Shown: positions 12,850-26,942, numbered from the whole stretch's first letter. The stretch: DNA of 62,951 nucleotides, filler included, from Octopus bimaculoides (GCF_001194135.2; 5 parts of 5 records of this genome joined end to end with filler, not necessarily neighbours in it), one strand, 5' to 3'. Translations and numbers: made by a program. The notes: a model not told the origin generated them from the letters alone.

Positions 12850-13225
12850 TCTTTTAGTATTTTACTTGTTTCAGTCATTTGAGTGTGGCTATGCTGGAGC
12901 ACCATGTTTAGTCGAATAAATCGACTCCAGGTCTTATTTTATGAAAACCTAGTACCTATTTTATTGGTCTCTTTTGCCAAACCACTAAGTTACAGAGACA
13001 TAAACATACCAACATTGGTTGTCAAGCATTGGTGGCGGGACAAAAACAGATACACAAATACATACATATATATAAATACACGATCTGCTTCTTTCAGTTT
13101 CTGTCTACCAAATCCACTCACAAGGCTTTGGTCAGCCCGAGGCTATAGTAGAAGACACTTGCCCAAGGTTCCACACAGTGGGACTGAACCTGGAACCATG
13201 TGGTTGGGAGGCATGCTTCTTACTG
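12850..13225 (-). mobile_element. SINE family A
   Basis: Colinear with 26943-27339 and, reverse-complemented, with 60944-61343. Confidence 0.9.
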
Positions 13226-13473
13226 CATCTAACTTTCTTCTAATGTTCCACAAATGTACTTGGTGGCGTAATTGCTTTGCAGTGAAATAATTTAGTTCTG
13301 GGTGCAGATCGTCCAAATATGCTGTTAATCTCTTCACATATCCAAAAGCAGGATTTTGTTTTGCTCTTTTATAACTGTTAACTAAATCCTTATTCAGTTC
13401 ATAATACTAAGAAAAATGTGTTTTGTAGTCACAGTTTTTTCTATAATTACAGCTTGAAAGTATATGCATGTAT

Positions 13474-13783
13474 GTGGCTTAGTGGCACGTGGCTTAGTGG
13501 TTAGAGTATTTTGGCTCACGATCATAAGGTCATAAGTTCAATTCCCAGCTCCATTCCACTTAGCTGGCAAAATGTACTTATATTTCAAAGATATTATCCA
13601 CTTTATAAGCCCTTTTCAAGAGCCCAGCCTTGTCACTTCCAGTATCATACTGAATCTCTCAAAGAACTATGTTAGGAGTATGTGTGTCTAGAGTGCTCAG
13701 CCACTTGCATGTTAATTTCATGGCAAGACTTGTTGATTGGATTGACTGGAAATCTCGTTATTACAACCAATGGAGTGCCAGCT
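13474..13783 (+). mobile_element. SINE family C, decayed, internally deleted
   Basis: gtggcttagtggttag (A-box-like) and agttcaattcc (B-box-like); body is the reverse complement of the 3370 and 50299 copies. Confidence 0.75.
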
Positions 13784-13899
13784 TGTTTGATGAATGTATG
13801 ATTCTATGTATCTATGTATATATGAGCATGTTTATGTGTAAATGAATCAATGCTTCTTGGTAGTTCTCTACTCTCAAAGTTAAAATTCTGCAGAGGTCA

Positions 13900-14500
13900 A
13901 CTTTGGGATGATAAGTAAAGTGTCAGGCTAGAGCAGTGGGATAGCATGTGTTAGAATGTCTAACAGGATACCTTGCAGTATCTGATCTTGGTCTTTATGT
14001 TCTGACTGTACTACTTTTGATGACACCAATGTTCGGCTGTCTTGGTCAATGCCTTACCTTTGGACAAGTTCCCTAGCATGGAGAATAGTTGATTACATGA
14101 GCAACTTGTTCGAGCCCTACTTTGCAGGATACTTTTAACATCTCTGTGACTATCTCTGATGGTCCTACTGTTTCCATTGAATTCATATTATAAACTGCCC
14201 CTTCAATTATACATCTATCAACTTCTTTAGCAAGTCCCTCTTTTGGGTCTCCTGCACATTCTCTAAATTCAGCAGCCTCTCTCATAATAACGTTAGTAAG
14301 AGTGTGTGCCAATATCATTTTAAACACACTTGTCTTCAGAGACATGCTGGCACTCTATGTTTCAAACCAGAACATCTCATGCTTTTGATCCTTGTGTTGC
14401 AGAGCACTGGCAAATCTCTTTTTATCATGGATTTTCCATAAAATTAGTCTTCCCATGACTGTACCTTAGAGAGGATCTTCCTTGATGCAAAACTTCATGA
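13900..14500 (-). pseudogene. RTE LINE fragment
   Basis: ORF 14073-14345 contains MNSMETVGPSEIVTEMLK (typical K.GKA.GP.I..EMLK block). Confidence 0.7.
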
Positions 14501-14949
14501 GATATACAGAAACCCCAAAGATGTGTGTGTGTGAATGTGTGTGTGTGTGTGATATTTTACTTTCTCACACACATGCATATGCACACTCACACATGCGCAC
14601 ACACACACACACACACATATATATNNNNNNNNNNNNNNNNNNNNNNNNNNNNNNNNNNNNNNNNNNNNNNNNNNNNNNNNNNNNNNNNNNNNNNNNNNNN
14701 NNNNNNNNNNNNNNNNNNNNNNNNNNNNNNNNNNNNNNNNNNNNNNNNNNNNNNNNNNNNNNNNNNNNNNNNNNNNNTGGCTGCTATTTCTTGCATGCCC
14801 TGCTACCATGTAACAGGTATTTTGGGTTCTTTATCACAAATAGCTGTTACATAGTAGCAGGGCTTGCTATAAATAGCAGCCAAATCTTTGGAGGTGGAAT
14901 ATGTTGAATGCACTCAAAAAAATCTATTTCACACTGAGGTTACCAATGG

Positions 14950-15520
14950 GTCTTTTAGAAATATCTACAGTATTTTTAAAGTCATTTTCACTTTAGAATA
15001 TTTTTTAAATATGTCAAAAAAAAATTTTGTAATGGTATTCACTTGAAAATGATTTTAAAAAAACATAAAAATATTGTCTGTTTAAAGAAAGCTAAAATAT
15101 ATATACTTACTGTATAAACAGCTTACATTTTTGAAATCACATTCACTTAAAAATATTTGTAAATGATTAAAATATTGTTTAACAAAAACGAAAATAGAAA
15201 TTGTAAAAAAAAAATCGTTTTTTTTTTCATTGTCAACTCACTATCTAATAGAAAGATACAAGTTTCTTCCCTTTCAGAGTGAAGATTATTTTCAGAACAT
15301 TTTCCCATTATGCACCATTTTAGGTGTTTATACCCTGAAAATCTCTAATATCTTGAAAACTACTTTACCGATTTATGTGAAACTTGATTCATTCGATTTA
15401 TATTAACATTTCAGGATAAACTTAATTCATGGTATTTTCCCATTATGTGCCAGTTTCGCTGAGTAGCATTACAAGCAGGCAAGCAAGCAAGCAAGATTGA
15501 AACTGGCTTTTAATGTATTA
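14950..15520. mobile_element. Probable Helentron/DINE-like non-autonomous element (decayed)
   Basis: Duplicated ttttcccattatg(c/t) block, (GCAA)n microsatellite, then aactggcttttaatgtattacagat, a DINE-like 3' end layout. Confidence 0.4.
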
Positions 15521-15603
15521 CAGATATAGTAAGAAAAGGGAGGAAGAGAATTTTGATTATCTTCACGTCGTAAGTTGTAATGCAAAAATGTATATTTCTA
15601 AAA

Positions 15604-16083
15604 TAAAAGAAGGAAAATGCACACAGTTTACATAGTTTTAATATATTTTAAACAGAAGAGTATTGTGGTTGTCAACCAGTTTTACTTTTACTACTTACGA
15701 CATTGGAATTATTGTAATTTTGTATTTTCTTAAGAAGATTTTAGTCCATGTTCTTGTATGAAAGTTTTCGAATGACTCAACAAGTAGAAAAATCTAAGGG
15801 GAGGTATATGGTGATAGTTATCACTTGGGACAGGGGAGGTAATTGCTCATGTTTGGGGTGAGCTAAACATGCACACAAAAACTCATAAGCTGAAGTAGTA
15901 AGATGAAATATGTACAGTGATGGATATGTGATCATGAATTAAAATATATACTGAGACCAAAGTTGGTTATGCATTCATATTTAGATGTGTTCTGTATTTT
16001 TTGATAAATGAATTTTCCTTATTTAAACATTCTTGCACAGAAATTGTTTCTTTGCATTGGCAGATAGGGAAAACCATGAAATT
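15604..16083 (-). repeat. PLE 3' pseudo-LTR (left arm of the inverted repeat)
   Basis: Reverse complement aligns along its length with 17931-18403. Confidence 0.9.
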
Positions 16084-17794
16084 TATGTGCTTTCAGAATA
16101 TTGTTCATTTTTGGATCCCTAGTGAGCATTGGTAGATTTAGTACAATAGTGTTGTATGCCTCATTGTTTCTAAGGTTGCGAGTTGATATATACAATAGTA
16201 TTTTGAGATGAGGTGTGGTGTTTCATTTTTTTCCCTTAGTGTTTTAATGCCTACTTTCTTGGCACATTTAATTCCGTCATCTTTAAGTGAGGGTGGATGG
16301 TAACTCTCAGTTAGTGTTGTTCTGATGTCTTAAAGATGGAGGTCCTGAGTATTTCCATCAGGCACTATTGTGCAAATCCTTTTCGCTAAATTAAAGGGAA
16401 TATTTCTTTTGATGTGTTTTGGGTGGCATGAGCTACACAGAAGATATTGCTTCAAGTCCGTTGGTTTATGATAAATGTCAGTTACAGTTTGGTTGTTGAC
16501 CTTTATTTTCTATCAAAATATCTAAGAGAGGGAGCTGTTCTTTATTATATTCTATTGAAAACTGGATGTTAAGGTTTATACAATTTATTATTGATTTAAA
16601 TCCCAAAAGTTTATTGATGGTTTTCTTCCAAATGATAAAACACTCATCCAGATATCTTTTCCAGTTCTCTCTTATATAATGGTGAAATGGATATCCATAT
16701 TTTTGCAGTGACACTTAATATATGGTGAATTCAAAATATCTTATTATTAGGTTCTCAAGAACAGGGGCTTCTTTTGTTCCCTTTACAATTCCATATTTTT
16801 GTTGTTAGTAGGTGTCATCAAGTAGGAAATAATTGTTTCAAAGTATAAATTTTAAAGTTTCAATTATAAAAACCTGGTTTATGCATTCCATAAGTTTTTC
16901 AGGATACTTTTCCAGCCAGAATTTTATTGCTTCTAGTCGATAGTTTTTGTCATTTTGCAGTTTAATTAGATTTTCCCATTCTAAATTGTTATGGTTTGAA
17001 TGAATTTTTTGCTTATGAAAAGTATTGGGAAATTTGGGATATGGTCACAGACGTCATCCAGTGTTTTATTCCTACCCTTAGGTGGAAGATAATTGCTTCT
17101 TTTTTTAACCAGTGGTTCGTCCTCGTTGTTGTCAGTTAGTGAGTCATAGTTTTCTGTAGAATTCCAAAATATTGTCTTCAATTTCATTCTGATTAGATCT
17201 TCATGGGGTTGGGGTAACTTCTAATCCTTCAGTTAGTATACTGATTTTTGTTGCAGAGAGTGTTTTCTTTGATTAATTTATTACTTTGGGTTTCTCCTGT
17301 ATATCTTTTCTGTGTATCCCTGTTTCTTTCCACTCAGTTTAAAAAACGCACACTGTAGAAATTGTCAGTGTTATTAATTATATTAAGATTGCTGGGAGGC
17401 TGGTTTTGCTGTCTGGGTAAATTGATTGGAATTACATGGTTCAAGTTTCTTTGTTGGTATAAGTTGTAAGAGTTATCAATTATATTTGAGATGCTAGGGG
17501 GTTGGTTTTGCTGTCTGGGTAAATAGGTTGGAATTCTGTGGGTGGAGTTTCTTCATTGAGGGATAGTCCTCTGGATGTTTCTAATTGCTGGAGAGAAATA
17601 ATTCTTCTAGTATTTCTTATTACTGAGTTGCCCTTATTCCTAGTTTAAGAGCGATTTACTTCCAAGTGAGAAGTTAATTTTGTGTTTGTGTTCTTTTAGA
17701 TGTTTATAGTTTGATCTAGTTGGATGTTTATTCATTTCTGTATATGTATTTGTTCTAGATTTTTTTTCAGAAAGTGGTTATCTGAACTATGTTC

Positions 17795-18403
17795 TCTTTT
17801 AACATAGGACAGACAAGTATGGCACTTAGATGGAGATCCACACTACATAAGGAACAAATTCGTTTCTCAAAGTATAGATAGATACCTTGGAGTGAACACA
17901 TAGAGAGATGTGCAGGAAAATCTCCAGCCAAATTTCATGGTTTTCCCCATCTACCAATGCAAAGAAACAATTTCTGTGCAAGAATGTTTAAATAAGAAAC
18001 ATTTATTTATCAAAAAATACAGAACACGCTTAAATATGAATGCATAACCAACTTTGATCTCAGTAAATATAATTCATGATCACATATCTATCACTGTACA
18101 TATTTCATCTCACTACTTTAGCTTATGAGTTTTTATGTGTTTATCAAACACCAAACATGTGCAATTACCGCCCCTGTCCCAAGTGATAACTATCAACATT
18201 TACCTCCCCATAGATTTTTCTACTTGTTGATTCATTCACAAACTTTTATACAAGAACATGGACTAAAATCTTCTTAAGAAAATACAAAATTACAATAATT
18301 CCAATGTCATAATTAGTAAAAGCGAAACCGGTCGACAACCACAATGCTCTTTCATTTAAAATATATTAAAACTATGTAAACTGTGTGCATTTTCCTTCTT
18401 TTA
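17795..18403 (+). repeat. PLE inverted pseudo-LTR including GIY-YIG C-terminal coding remnant
   Basis: ataggacagacaagtatggcacttagatgg (IGQTSMALRW); ends ttttag at a (TA)n run. Confidence 0.85.
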
Positions 18404-18992
18404 GTATATATATATATTTATATATAAAAAACATTGATCAGAGAACAAACATCAAATTCGAGTCAATGACTTTATATATAACACCACGCCTCCAAACATT
18501 TGATCATATATAAATATTACCTTGGCCTTTAACATATAAAGAATACATATATAAAAAAAACACAGAAGGTAAAAATCATATGCAAATAAAAATACAGATA
18601 TATAGAACAGTCTATCAAGAAGGTATATACAATCGACTAAAAATTCTAAAGCATGTCATGTGAATAAAAATCTTAATAAAATAAAATATCAATTGACTAA
18701 AAAGATTTTCTTACTCCCTCATAAAAAATATGTCAAAAAAGTTCATTTCATTAAAACCATGGTAGTTTGGAGTCCAGGAGTGTAAGAGAGTTCCACAAAA
18801 TCAAGTCAAACACATCTATGGCCATTTCAGGAGTTCACTGCTACAGTATGATTACGAGATAAGGTGCATCTTGGCAATGATCCCCTCATCAGGATGAACA
18901 GGAATCTCAACAAATTACTTGTTCACAGGAGTTACAAAATGGCTGTATACCTAATTTAAAGATAATCTATCGCAGAGCCAGTCCAAATTTTC

Positions 18993-19027
<35 letters not shown>

Positions 19028-19821
19028 NNNNNNNNNNNNNNNNNNNNNNNNNNNNNNNNNNNNNNNNNNNNNNNNNNNNNNNNNNNNNNNNNNNNNNNNN
19101 NNNNNNNNNNNNNNNNNNNNNNNNNNNNNNNNNNNNNNNNNNNNNNNNNNNNNNNNNNNNNNNNNNNNNNNNNNNNNNNNNNNNNNNNNNNNNNNNNNNN
19201 NNNNNNNNNNNNNNNNNNNNNNNNNNNNNNNNNNNNNNNNNNNNNNNNNNNNNNNNNNNNNNNNNNNNNNNNNNNNNNNNNNNNNNNNNNNNNNNNNNNN
19301 NNNNNNNNNNNNNNNNNNNNNNNNNNNNNNNNNNNNNNNNNNNNNNNNNNNNNNNNNNNNNNNNNNNNNNNNNNNNNNNNNNNNNNNNNNNNNNNNNNNN
19401 NNNNNNNNNNNNNNNNNNNNNNNNNNNNNNNNNNNNNNNNNNNNNNNNNNNNNNNNNNNNNNNNNNNNNNNNNNNNNNNNNNNNNNNNNNNNNNNNNNNN
19501 NNNNNNNNNNNNNNNNNNNNNNNNNNNNNNNNNNNNNNNNNNNNNNNNNNNNNNNNNNNNNNNNNNNNNNNNNNNNNNNNNNNNNNNNNNNNNNNNNNNN
19601 NNNNNNNNNNNNNNNNNNNNNNNNNNNNNNNNNNNNNNNNNNNNNNNNNNNNNNNNNNNNNNNNNNNNNNNNNNNNNNNNNNNNNNNNNNNNNNNNNNNN
19701 NNNNNNNNNNNNNNNNNNNNNNNNNNNNNNNNNNNNNNNNNNNNNNNNNNNNNNNNNNNNNNNNNNNNNNNNNNNNNNNNNNNNNNNNNNNNNNNNNNNN
19801 NNNNNNNNNNNNNNNNNNNNN

Positions 19822-20095
19822 ACCGCTGGACTGGCTCCTGTGCAGGTGGCATGTAAAATACACCATTTCGAGCGTGGCTGTTGCCAGTACCACCTGACTG
19901 GCCTTTGTGCCGGTGACACGTTAAAGCACCCACTACACTCTCGGAGTGGTTGGCGTTAGGAAGGGCATCCAGCTGTAGAAACTCTGCCAAATCAGATTGG
20001 AGCCTGGTGTAGCCATCTGGTCCACCAGTCCTCAGTCAAATTGTCCAACCCATGCTAGCATGGAAAGCGGACGCTAAACGATGATGATGATGATA
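19822..20095 (+). mobile_element. RTE 3'-UTR-derived repeat with (GAT)n tail
   Basis: ggaagggcatccagctgtagaaac...aacccatgctagcatggaaagcggacgctaaacgatgatgat; same tail as the RTE at 7140-8850. Confidence 0.8.
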
Positions 20096-20519
20096 TATAT
20101 ATATATATAGGTGGGGGAGTGCTATGTGACAAAAAGTATCAAGTAATGTGGAGCTGAGTCAAACTTATTAATCAAGTACATATAACTCCAACCAAATGTG
20201 TAACTTTCACTCATTTGTTCACTCGCCTGAATAATACACATGAACACACACACACACACACACACATGCAGAAACTCAACCATGCATATACAATATATAT
20301 GCATCTATGCATGTGTGTGTATATATAATACATATGCGTATATATATACATATGCGTATATATATAATACATATGCGTATGTTTTATATATATATATATA
20401 AAACAATAGATAAATATTATATGTAAGTAACCATGCAGATCCTCTACAAGAACTTGCATTGCTGCCCCACCTTCTCATAGTTTAGTTCCCTCATTCACTA
20501 GTATGCAGCTGACCCCCTT

Positions 20520-20750
20520 CTAGGGTTTTTTAGTTCTGTGAGTTACATGGTGACCTCAGCAGTACAAGTGACACAAAAAAAACAGTATCGAGTTCACACT
20601 GTAAAATTGTTGGTGTTAAGAAGGGCATCCAACAATAGAAACCATGCTAAAGCACAATGCAGTCCTTGAACACATCAGATCCTGTCAAACCATCCAACTC
20701 ATGCCAGCATGGAATACGGATATTAAATGATGATGATGATGATGCTGATG
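20520..20750 (+). mobile_element. RTE 3'-UTR-derived repeat, older copy
   Basis: aagaagggcatcc...atgccagcatggaa...(GAT)n. Confidence 0.75.
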
Positions 20751-20869
20751 ATATCATATGCAATATGTATATGCATGTGCGTTTGTTTGTGTTTGTATGT
20801 GGAAGTTTGTATACAAGTACGTACGAGTGTTTGTAACTGTGTGCTTGTCTGTATGCAACTATATGCATG

Positions 20870-22240
20870 ATATATAGGAAATTTAATAAAGAGTGGATGA
20901 AGTTGCTCTATTTTCCATAGCTTCACACTATTATTAGCTATTGTTCCAGAACAATTTCTATAATCATAGTAAAGGTGGAGTAATTAATATTCCAGGAATT
21001 TAAGTAGCACCTTTAAGGAGAAGAATTCCTTGATTTCCTTAAGGTGGCTATTATTAATTTATTTCATTATATTATAGTGACAATCTCCCCTTGCCATTGA
21101 TGTATAAATTTGGTTGGATTCCTTAAGGAAAGGATGGACTTTATCTAATTTGGCATAATTTTGATATATAGTTTGTAAGGTGTGAAGAAATATAATTGCA
21201 AGATTAACAAGCTGTGTAGTTGAATAGTTATTGAAGTGACCAAACCTTACAACTGCTGTTATTAATATGTACTCCTAGAGTAAGTTAGATTACCTGTGTA
21301 TCTCATGCATTTGTGAATAACAACTTCCTCAAATAATTGGGTCTTAAAGAGAAATTAAATGTGCTAATCCATGACTCATTGATCAGATGTAAGTGAACGG
21401 AGATGCTTATGTGTTTGTCTCACTGTCAGTTAAAAGTTTAATTTTATGGACTATTAATTTCATATTGAAAGAATATATTTACAGTTTCGTATTTACATTT
21501 ATGTCCTATTTCAAAGAGGAAGTAAATGGTCCAGCAATTTATACTTTTGTTAACAAAGTCTCATCTCAGACAGTTAAATATCTAATCCTCTGTCTAGCTT
21601 CTGGAAGATTGTTCTAGATTATGATGGTTGAATGATGGGAGCTTTTATTCAGAATGTAGGTCATGGTATCAGGTAAAAGGATTAAGATATTGGATTTCAT
21701 AGAATATTTATTTCTAAACTACAGAGCAACATAATATTTGAATTTGATGGGATATAGCTTGAGTTCAATTGGTAAAGCATTAAATTCCTAAGTATATCTA
21801 GCAGAGTAATCTATACGGCAGACCTATTCAGTTGTTCTTAAAGCTGGTTTGATAATGATAATTTCTTTCATTGATATAACAGTTACATCTGCCAGAGTTA
21901 CTTAATATATAGATAACAATGGCTTAGTCTTAGTCTTTTCTTTTGTTATATTATTTCTTGAAGAAATTACATAAGATTTTTGGACAGGGACTCATGAAAA
22001 CATGTGTAGTGTGGTTATGATGAAAGACTTCTCAGTATAAATACATAATTTATTGCTACATTGATACAGAAAGTGTTCATTGCAATACAAGAAGAGTACA
22101 CTGTGTATGAAATGATGTATATTACAGGTGCAGATCTTCATCAGAAATTCATATTTAGGCTGATTTTACCTGTTTATGTATATTCTTGTTGCTGTGTTGT
22201 CATGGTATGTTTTTTCATGTATTGCACTGGGTTGAGCATG
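20870..22240 (-). pseudogene. Heavily decayed PLE RT region
   Basis: Minus-strand KEIIIIKPA (cf. IIIKPADK) and other PLE-like blocks among many stops. Confidence 0.4.
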
Positions 22241-22584
22241 TAGGTGTGAAAATAGCAATTAGGAGTCATGCTGGGTTGAGTATGTAACTGTGCGAACATC
22301 TATTAATGCAAAAAAATTCACCAAATGCCAAATTCACTTGGGGTCCAAATTCACTCAGGGTCAGAATTCCCACTGCTTTTTGCATGCTGTATTTGGAGTC
22401 TCTGTTCACAGAAATTTCTAATCATGGTCATCAGACTGTCACATGAACAAAGACTAGAGTCTATATGTAAATGGAGTCTGTATGAATGATAAACTCATGC
22501 TTTACATGTGGCCAAAAGTGGAGTTGAAATCAATTCTTATACATGCTAATGATGTAATTCATATTGCAGACTCATTTGAAAGGT

Positions 22585-22741
22585 TGGAGGAAATATCCCA
22601 AGCCTTTGAGGAATGACAAGTATTTTCTACTATAGCCTTGGGCTGAGCAAAGCCTTGGGCTGAGCAAAGCCTTGTGAGTGGATTTGGTAGATGAAAACTG
22701 AAAGAAGCCCATCTCATATATGTGTGTGTGCATGTGTCTGT

Positions 22742-22799
<58 letters not shown>

Positions 22800-23010
22800 C
22801 TGTGTTTGTTTCCCCTTAGTGCATGACAACCAGAGTTGGTGTGTTTGCATCTCCATAACTTAGTGGTTTGGCAAAAGAGACCAAAGGAATTAGTACCAGG
22901 CTTAATAAAAAATACTGACTGCTGTGGTCGATTCATTTGATTAAAAAATTCTTCAAAGTGGTGCCCCAACATGGCTGCAGTCTAATGACTGAAACAACGA
23001 AAGATAAAAA
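22585..23010 (+). mobile_element. SINE family A with expanded internal (GT)n and a 17-bp local duplication
   Basis: ctactatagccttgg...gtggatttggtaga...aagaagccc; gccttgggctgagcaaa present twice. Confidence 0.85.
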
Positions 23011-23159
23011 ATAACAGATTCATTCATCCTTAGACATGGTTGAACAACCAGTCCCAACCAGTCAGGATTCACAGCAGAGGTTGTAGTATTCATCCTTTCA
23101 GTCACTGAATAAAAAAATGTGGCTTGCAGGACCTCCATTCAAGAGATTTTCCTGAGCCA

Positions 23160-23371
23160 CCACCTTACCCTTGTATGTCAATCCATTACAAGGTTACCCA
23201 CTTACAGCCGAGTGGACTGGAACAATGTGGAATAAAGTGTTTTGCTCAAGAACATAACACACAGCTGGTCTGAGAATCAAAACCATGATCTTGTGATCAT
23301 GAGTGAAACATCCTAACCACTAGGCCATGCACCTTCACAAGGCCATGCACCTTCACAAGGCCATGCACCCG
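23160..23371 (-). mobile_element. SINE family C variant ending in an 18-bp tandem (ggccatgcaccttcacaa x2.6)
   Basis: ttgctcaagaac, cctaaccactaggcc head; tandem units at ~23322-23368. Confidence 0.7.
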
Positions 23372-25179
23372 CATTAATTTATATTGTGTTATCAATGTGA
23401 CATAAGAACATGTGACATAAGAATTATAATATTTGTGTGGGAGAGAAAAAAAACAGCATTTCTTCAATTACTTTTTAGTCTTGGGGTTAAAATTCTACCA
23501 TAATTGGGCATATATTTTTTGTCTCCTAAATGTGTAATTAACCAGTAAAAATATATAAATAAGCAAATTAAATTGTTTTCTATATCATATACCAAGGTTT
23601 ATAATATCTACAACAATATCTACAGATAATCATTTCTATCCTTACTAAACATTCATCAAATTAATATGTATTACATTTTTGACAATGTTTTTGTTCAAAT
23701 TTCATTTCATCAACCATTCAGTCATTATCATAAAAGATACCCAACATTTTATATGAAAAAAAAAGCATTAAAAAGAGAATTGCTGTATATTCTGCATTTT
23801 ATGTTTCATCTTCTATTCTTTAAAATGACTGGAACTAGAATATTTTGATCCAACTATTACAATGCCATCAATCGAGAAACAGTTTCCTTTATGTGCAATC
23901 AGATTCTTTCTTTGGCAAAAGCAACATATGAAAAAGATTCTGTTCACTATAAATAGATTAAAGGTGTTGTTAAGAATCTATTCATTTTATTGAAATAAGT
24001 TCTATGTAAAACCAAAATTATTATATCTTCAACTTCCAATACCTCAAAGCCATTCATCCATACAATAGTAAATATTCTGGTCTCTCCAAGGAACATGAAT
24101 GAAGGCAGAGCCATGTAAAAAGTATTACCAATATTGCTCCATAGCATCGCACAGAATAACGATATAGCTCATTTGGACTAAAATGATTTATGAAAACTGG
24201 AAGATAATTGGATGACAGGAAACTGTCAAATTTCTTTGTTTTTGTAATAAATTCTATTGATGTAAGAAGACAGTTGTGTATGATTATTAAAACTTTATGC
24301 AGGTATGTATTCATATCTGTTATTTTTCCATGTGTATATATATAATGTATGTATATATATTTATAATGTATGTATGTATATATATATATATATATATATA
24401 TACTCATACATACATTTTATATGTATATATATACATACATTATTTATATATTTATATATATTTGATAAATTGAAAGTGTCTTTGCAGATATATTTCATAA
24501 ACTATATTAAATATTTATGTATTGGTGAGTGGGTGTGCATCTCCCACCTCTCTGTATAGCTCTGCCTCACTTTCATTCATAAATATATACAGATAGAGAT
24601 TTACATATAGATGTATACGCACAAACATACAAATATGTACGACATACACATGCACACACACATATACACACACACACACACACAATACAGACAGCTCCTC
24701 CCCTTACATACACAAGCACACAAGCATAATGCTGGAAACAGAGCTTGTCATATAACATTGTTGCTAGGATTCAAGAGATATGAAAATCTAGATAACTGCT
24801 CTCTCTCTCTATATATATATATATGTGTGTGTATGTGTACACACACACATGTATATATATATATATATATACATACACACATATGTATATGCCTTTCTCT
24901 CAGTGACAGGCTATATGAAGCACATGTAAGAAATGTCATGCTGCACAGAAATAAAACATGGATACAAGGAATTAATTGTAAGTGAAGTAGGACAAGAGGG
25001 GTATGGTCCATTAGATGTACAATAAGGTACAGATAAAATGAATTCTCTATTTTGGTTTATCATGATAATGACAAGCATCCTCACTCCCATTATCATCATT
25101 ATTATAATAGTCATCATTAACCTCCCACCACCATCACCACCATTGTTGTCATCTTCATTTTAATATCCACTTTTTTTCA

Positions 25180-25560
25180 AACTGCTAAGAATTGGACATG
25201 TCTATTTTACAATATATCAATTATGTCAGTCTATTGCCATCTTCTCAAAGAGACTCCATATCTTGAGATGTGACTTCATTACTAATTCTTCCTTCATCTT
25301 CTTTGGTCATTCTTTCCCATGGGCACCCTCTGCTGTCTGCACATGATACTTTTCCTCATGTTGCTCATCGTTTGTTCATATCATATATGCATAAATCATC
25401 TATATTTCTTGTAAACCTCAGCTAATGTCTTTAATACCAATTTAACAGTACTCATCCATTAGATCGTGTGTTCCACTTGTTTCTCACCATACCCCTCAGA
25501 TCTTCCACTTCCAATATCTACTATTTTGCAACAACATAGTATCAGACTTCAAATAGTTTA
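25180..25560 (-). pseudogene. RTE LINE 3' fragment
   Basis: Minus strand resembles the GHV...RGRP.KTW.EV..DL C-terminal block. Confidence 0.55.
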
Positions 25561-26942
25561 GGAAAGGAAGAAAGAAACCCTTTATTAATAATAGAAGTAA
25601 TAGTTCTTTCCTCCCTTTCTTTATTGTGGTAACTATGTTTTTTATTGAAATTTTTTAGTCAAAACCTTATTGAAAACATTTAAATAAAAATAAACAGGAA
25701 CGAAGAGAGATAAGAAAGAAAAAGAAAGAAAACAAAGTGTATGTAGTGGGAGGTAAAACAGCAGAAGATGTAGGAGGAGGAGCAACAGGCCACATATCCC
25801 AAAACAAAAGTTGTGCTCAGCCATGGAATATGGAGAATTACCATGGAGAATGAATGGTCAGTGACACTCGTTGTAGAAACCACTCTGCCTAGCAGGGCTC
25901 ATTTCTCCAACAGACCACTGTTACCCTATTTTGTGGAGGAAATCAGTAGTATGGAGTTCTAGAACATCTGACATCGCAACAGTGACTGGCACAAACTGCT
26001 AGCAACTGGTGAGGCCTCTGCATTTATTGATTTTTCTCTTCTCCATATTATGAGCAGTGCCACCTGGGTTTGCAGTACTAATTAGGTCACCTAGGTAGCT
26101 AAAACTATCAACTACACTTTGTAAAATATCTTATCCATTGATGACTTGAATTCAAGAATATCTCAAATACTAACTCTTATACATTTATTACAATTAAAAT
26201 CCTGGTTCGCTGTCAGTCTCACAAAGAGGTCCCACTACTTGCACTATGTACACAGTTCTAAGCTCATAGCAACTTTCTTATTACTTAATGAGCAAACACA
26301 CTTTCCAGGATGACACTGGAATTTCATATTTTATTATATTATCATCACAAGTTAAAGACTGGTTCTTTTNNNNNNNNNNGGGGGGGGGGTGCACATAATT
26401 TGTAGCAATAATATCTGTTAATTTCCATCCAGATTTTTGTTTGGTTGTAGTTAGGGCTTTGTAGAATAAAAAAACAACTTTTTTTTCTTTTTTCATATCA
26501 GAATAATAACAGGACATGACAAAAAAGAGTTGTAATTATTAAGTTAAGAAGGGAAAATGGAATCAGACATCAGAGAACAAATCTTATTGATATGAATGTG
26601 TGCTGTGAACTGCTGATCTCTGTTGCTTGAACAACACTCATACAGATAAATTCAGAGAGATGAGATAAAAGAAAATTCAAACTGATTTAGTTGAACTTTA
26701 TATTTTTAAATTACAGAATTTATATTAATTACTGGGGAGAATTGTACTTCTGAATGGTACCTATCTATAATCAGTGATAAATGTCTGATCAGATATAATC
26801 TGTTCACTTTGCAGATGGTAGATCACTGTTTATTAATATATTATCTTTTTAAGTTATGTTATATACCCACCATATCATTTATTTATACTAGATACTCATG
26901 CTGTATATTCATACTATATAGAATGCTCTCTAAGATATACTC

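Larger units (their letters stand above)
15604..18403 (-). mobile_element. Penelope-like element remnant with inverted pseudo-LTR
   Basis: Minus-strand RT/thumb remnants (WKRYLDECFIIW, QLPLLDILI, IYHKPTD..QYL..SSCHP.H...NIPFNLA.RI). Inverted repeat of ~480 bp (15604-16083 vs 17931-18403). The right arm starts with GIY-YIG remnant IGQTS.ALR.R.T.H..QI...SEH..RC. Confidence 0.9.

Noticed and set aside
18860-18900. Hammerhead on the minus strand (CTGATGAGGGG)
   Set aside because: The second box reads GTAAT rather than GAAAC and stems I and III are not convincing.
18951-19990. Long ORFs spanning N runs (also 32068, 40356, 46415, 47112, 55087)
   Set aside because: They are open only because N codons contain no stops.
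23840-24302. Exon ending at a GCAG|GTATGT donor
   Set aside because: All three frames contain multiple stops, no good acceptor, and no recognisable protein.
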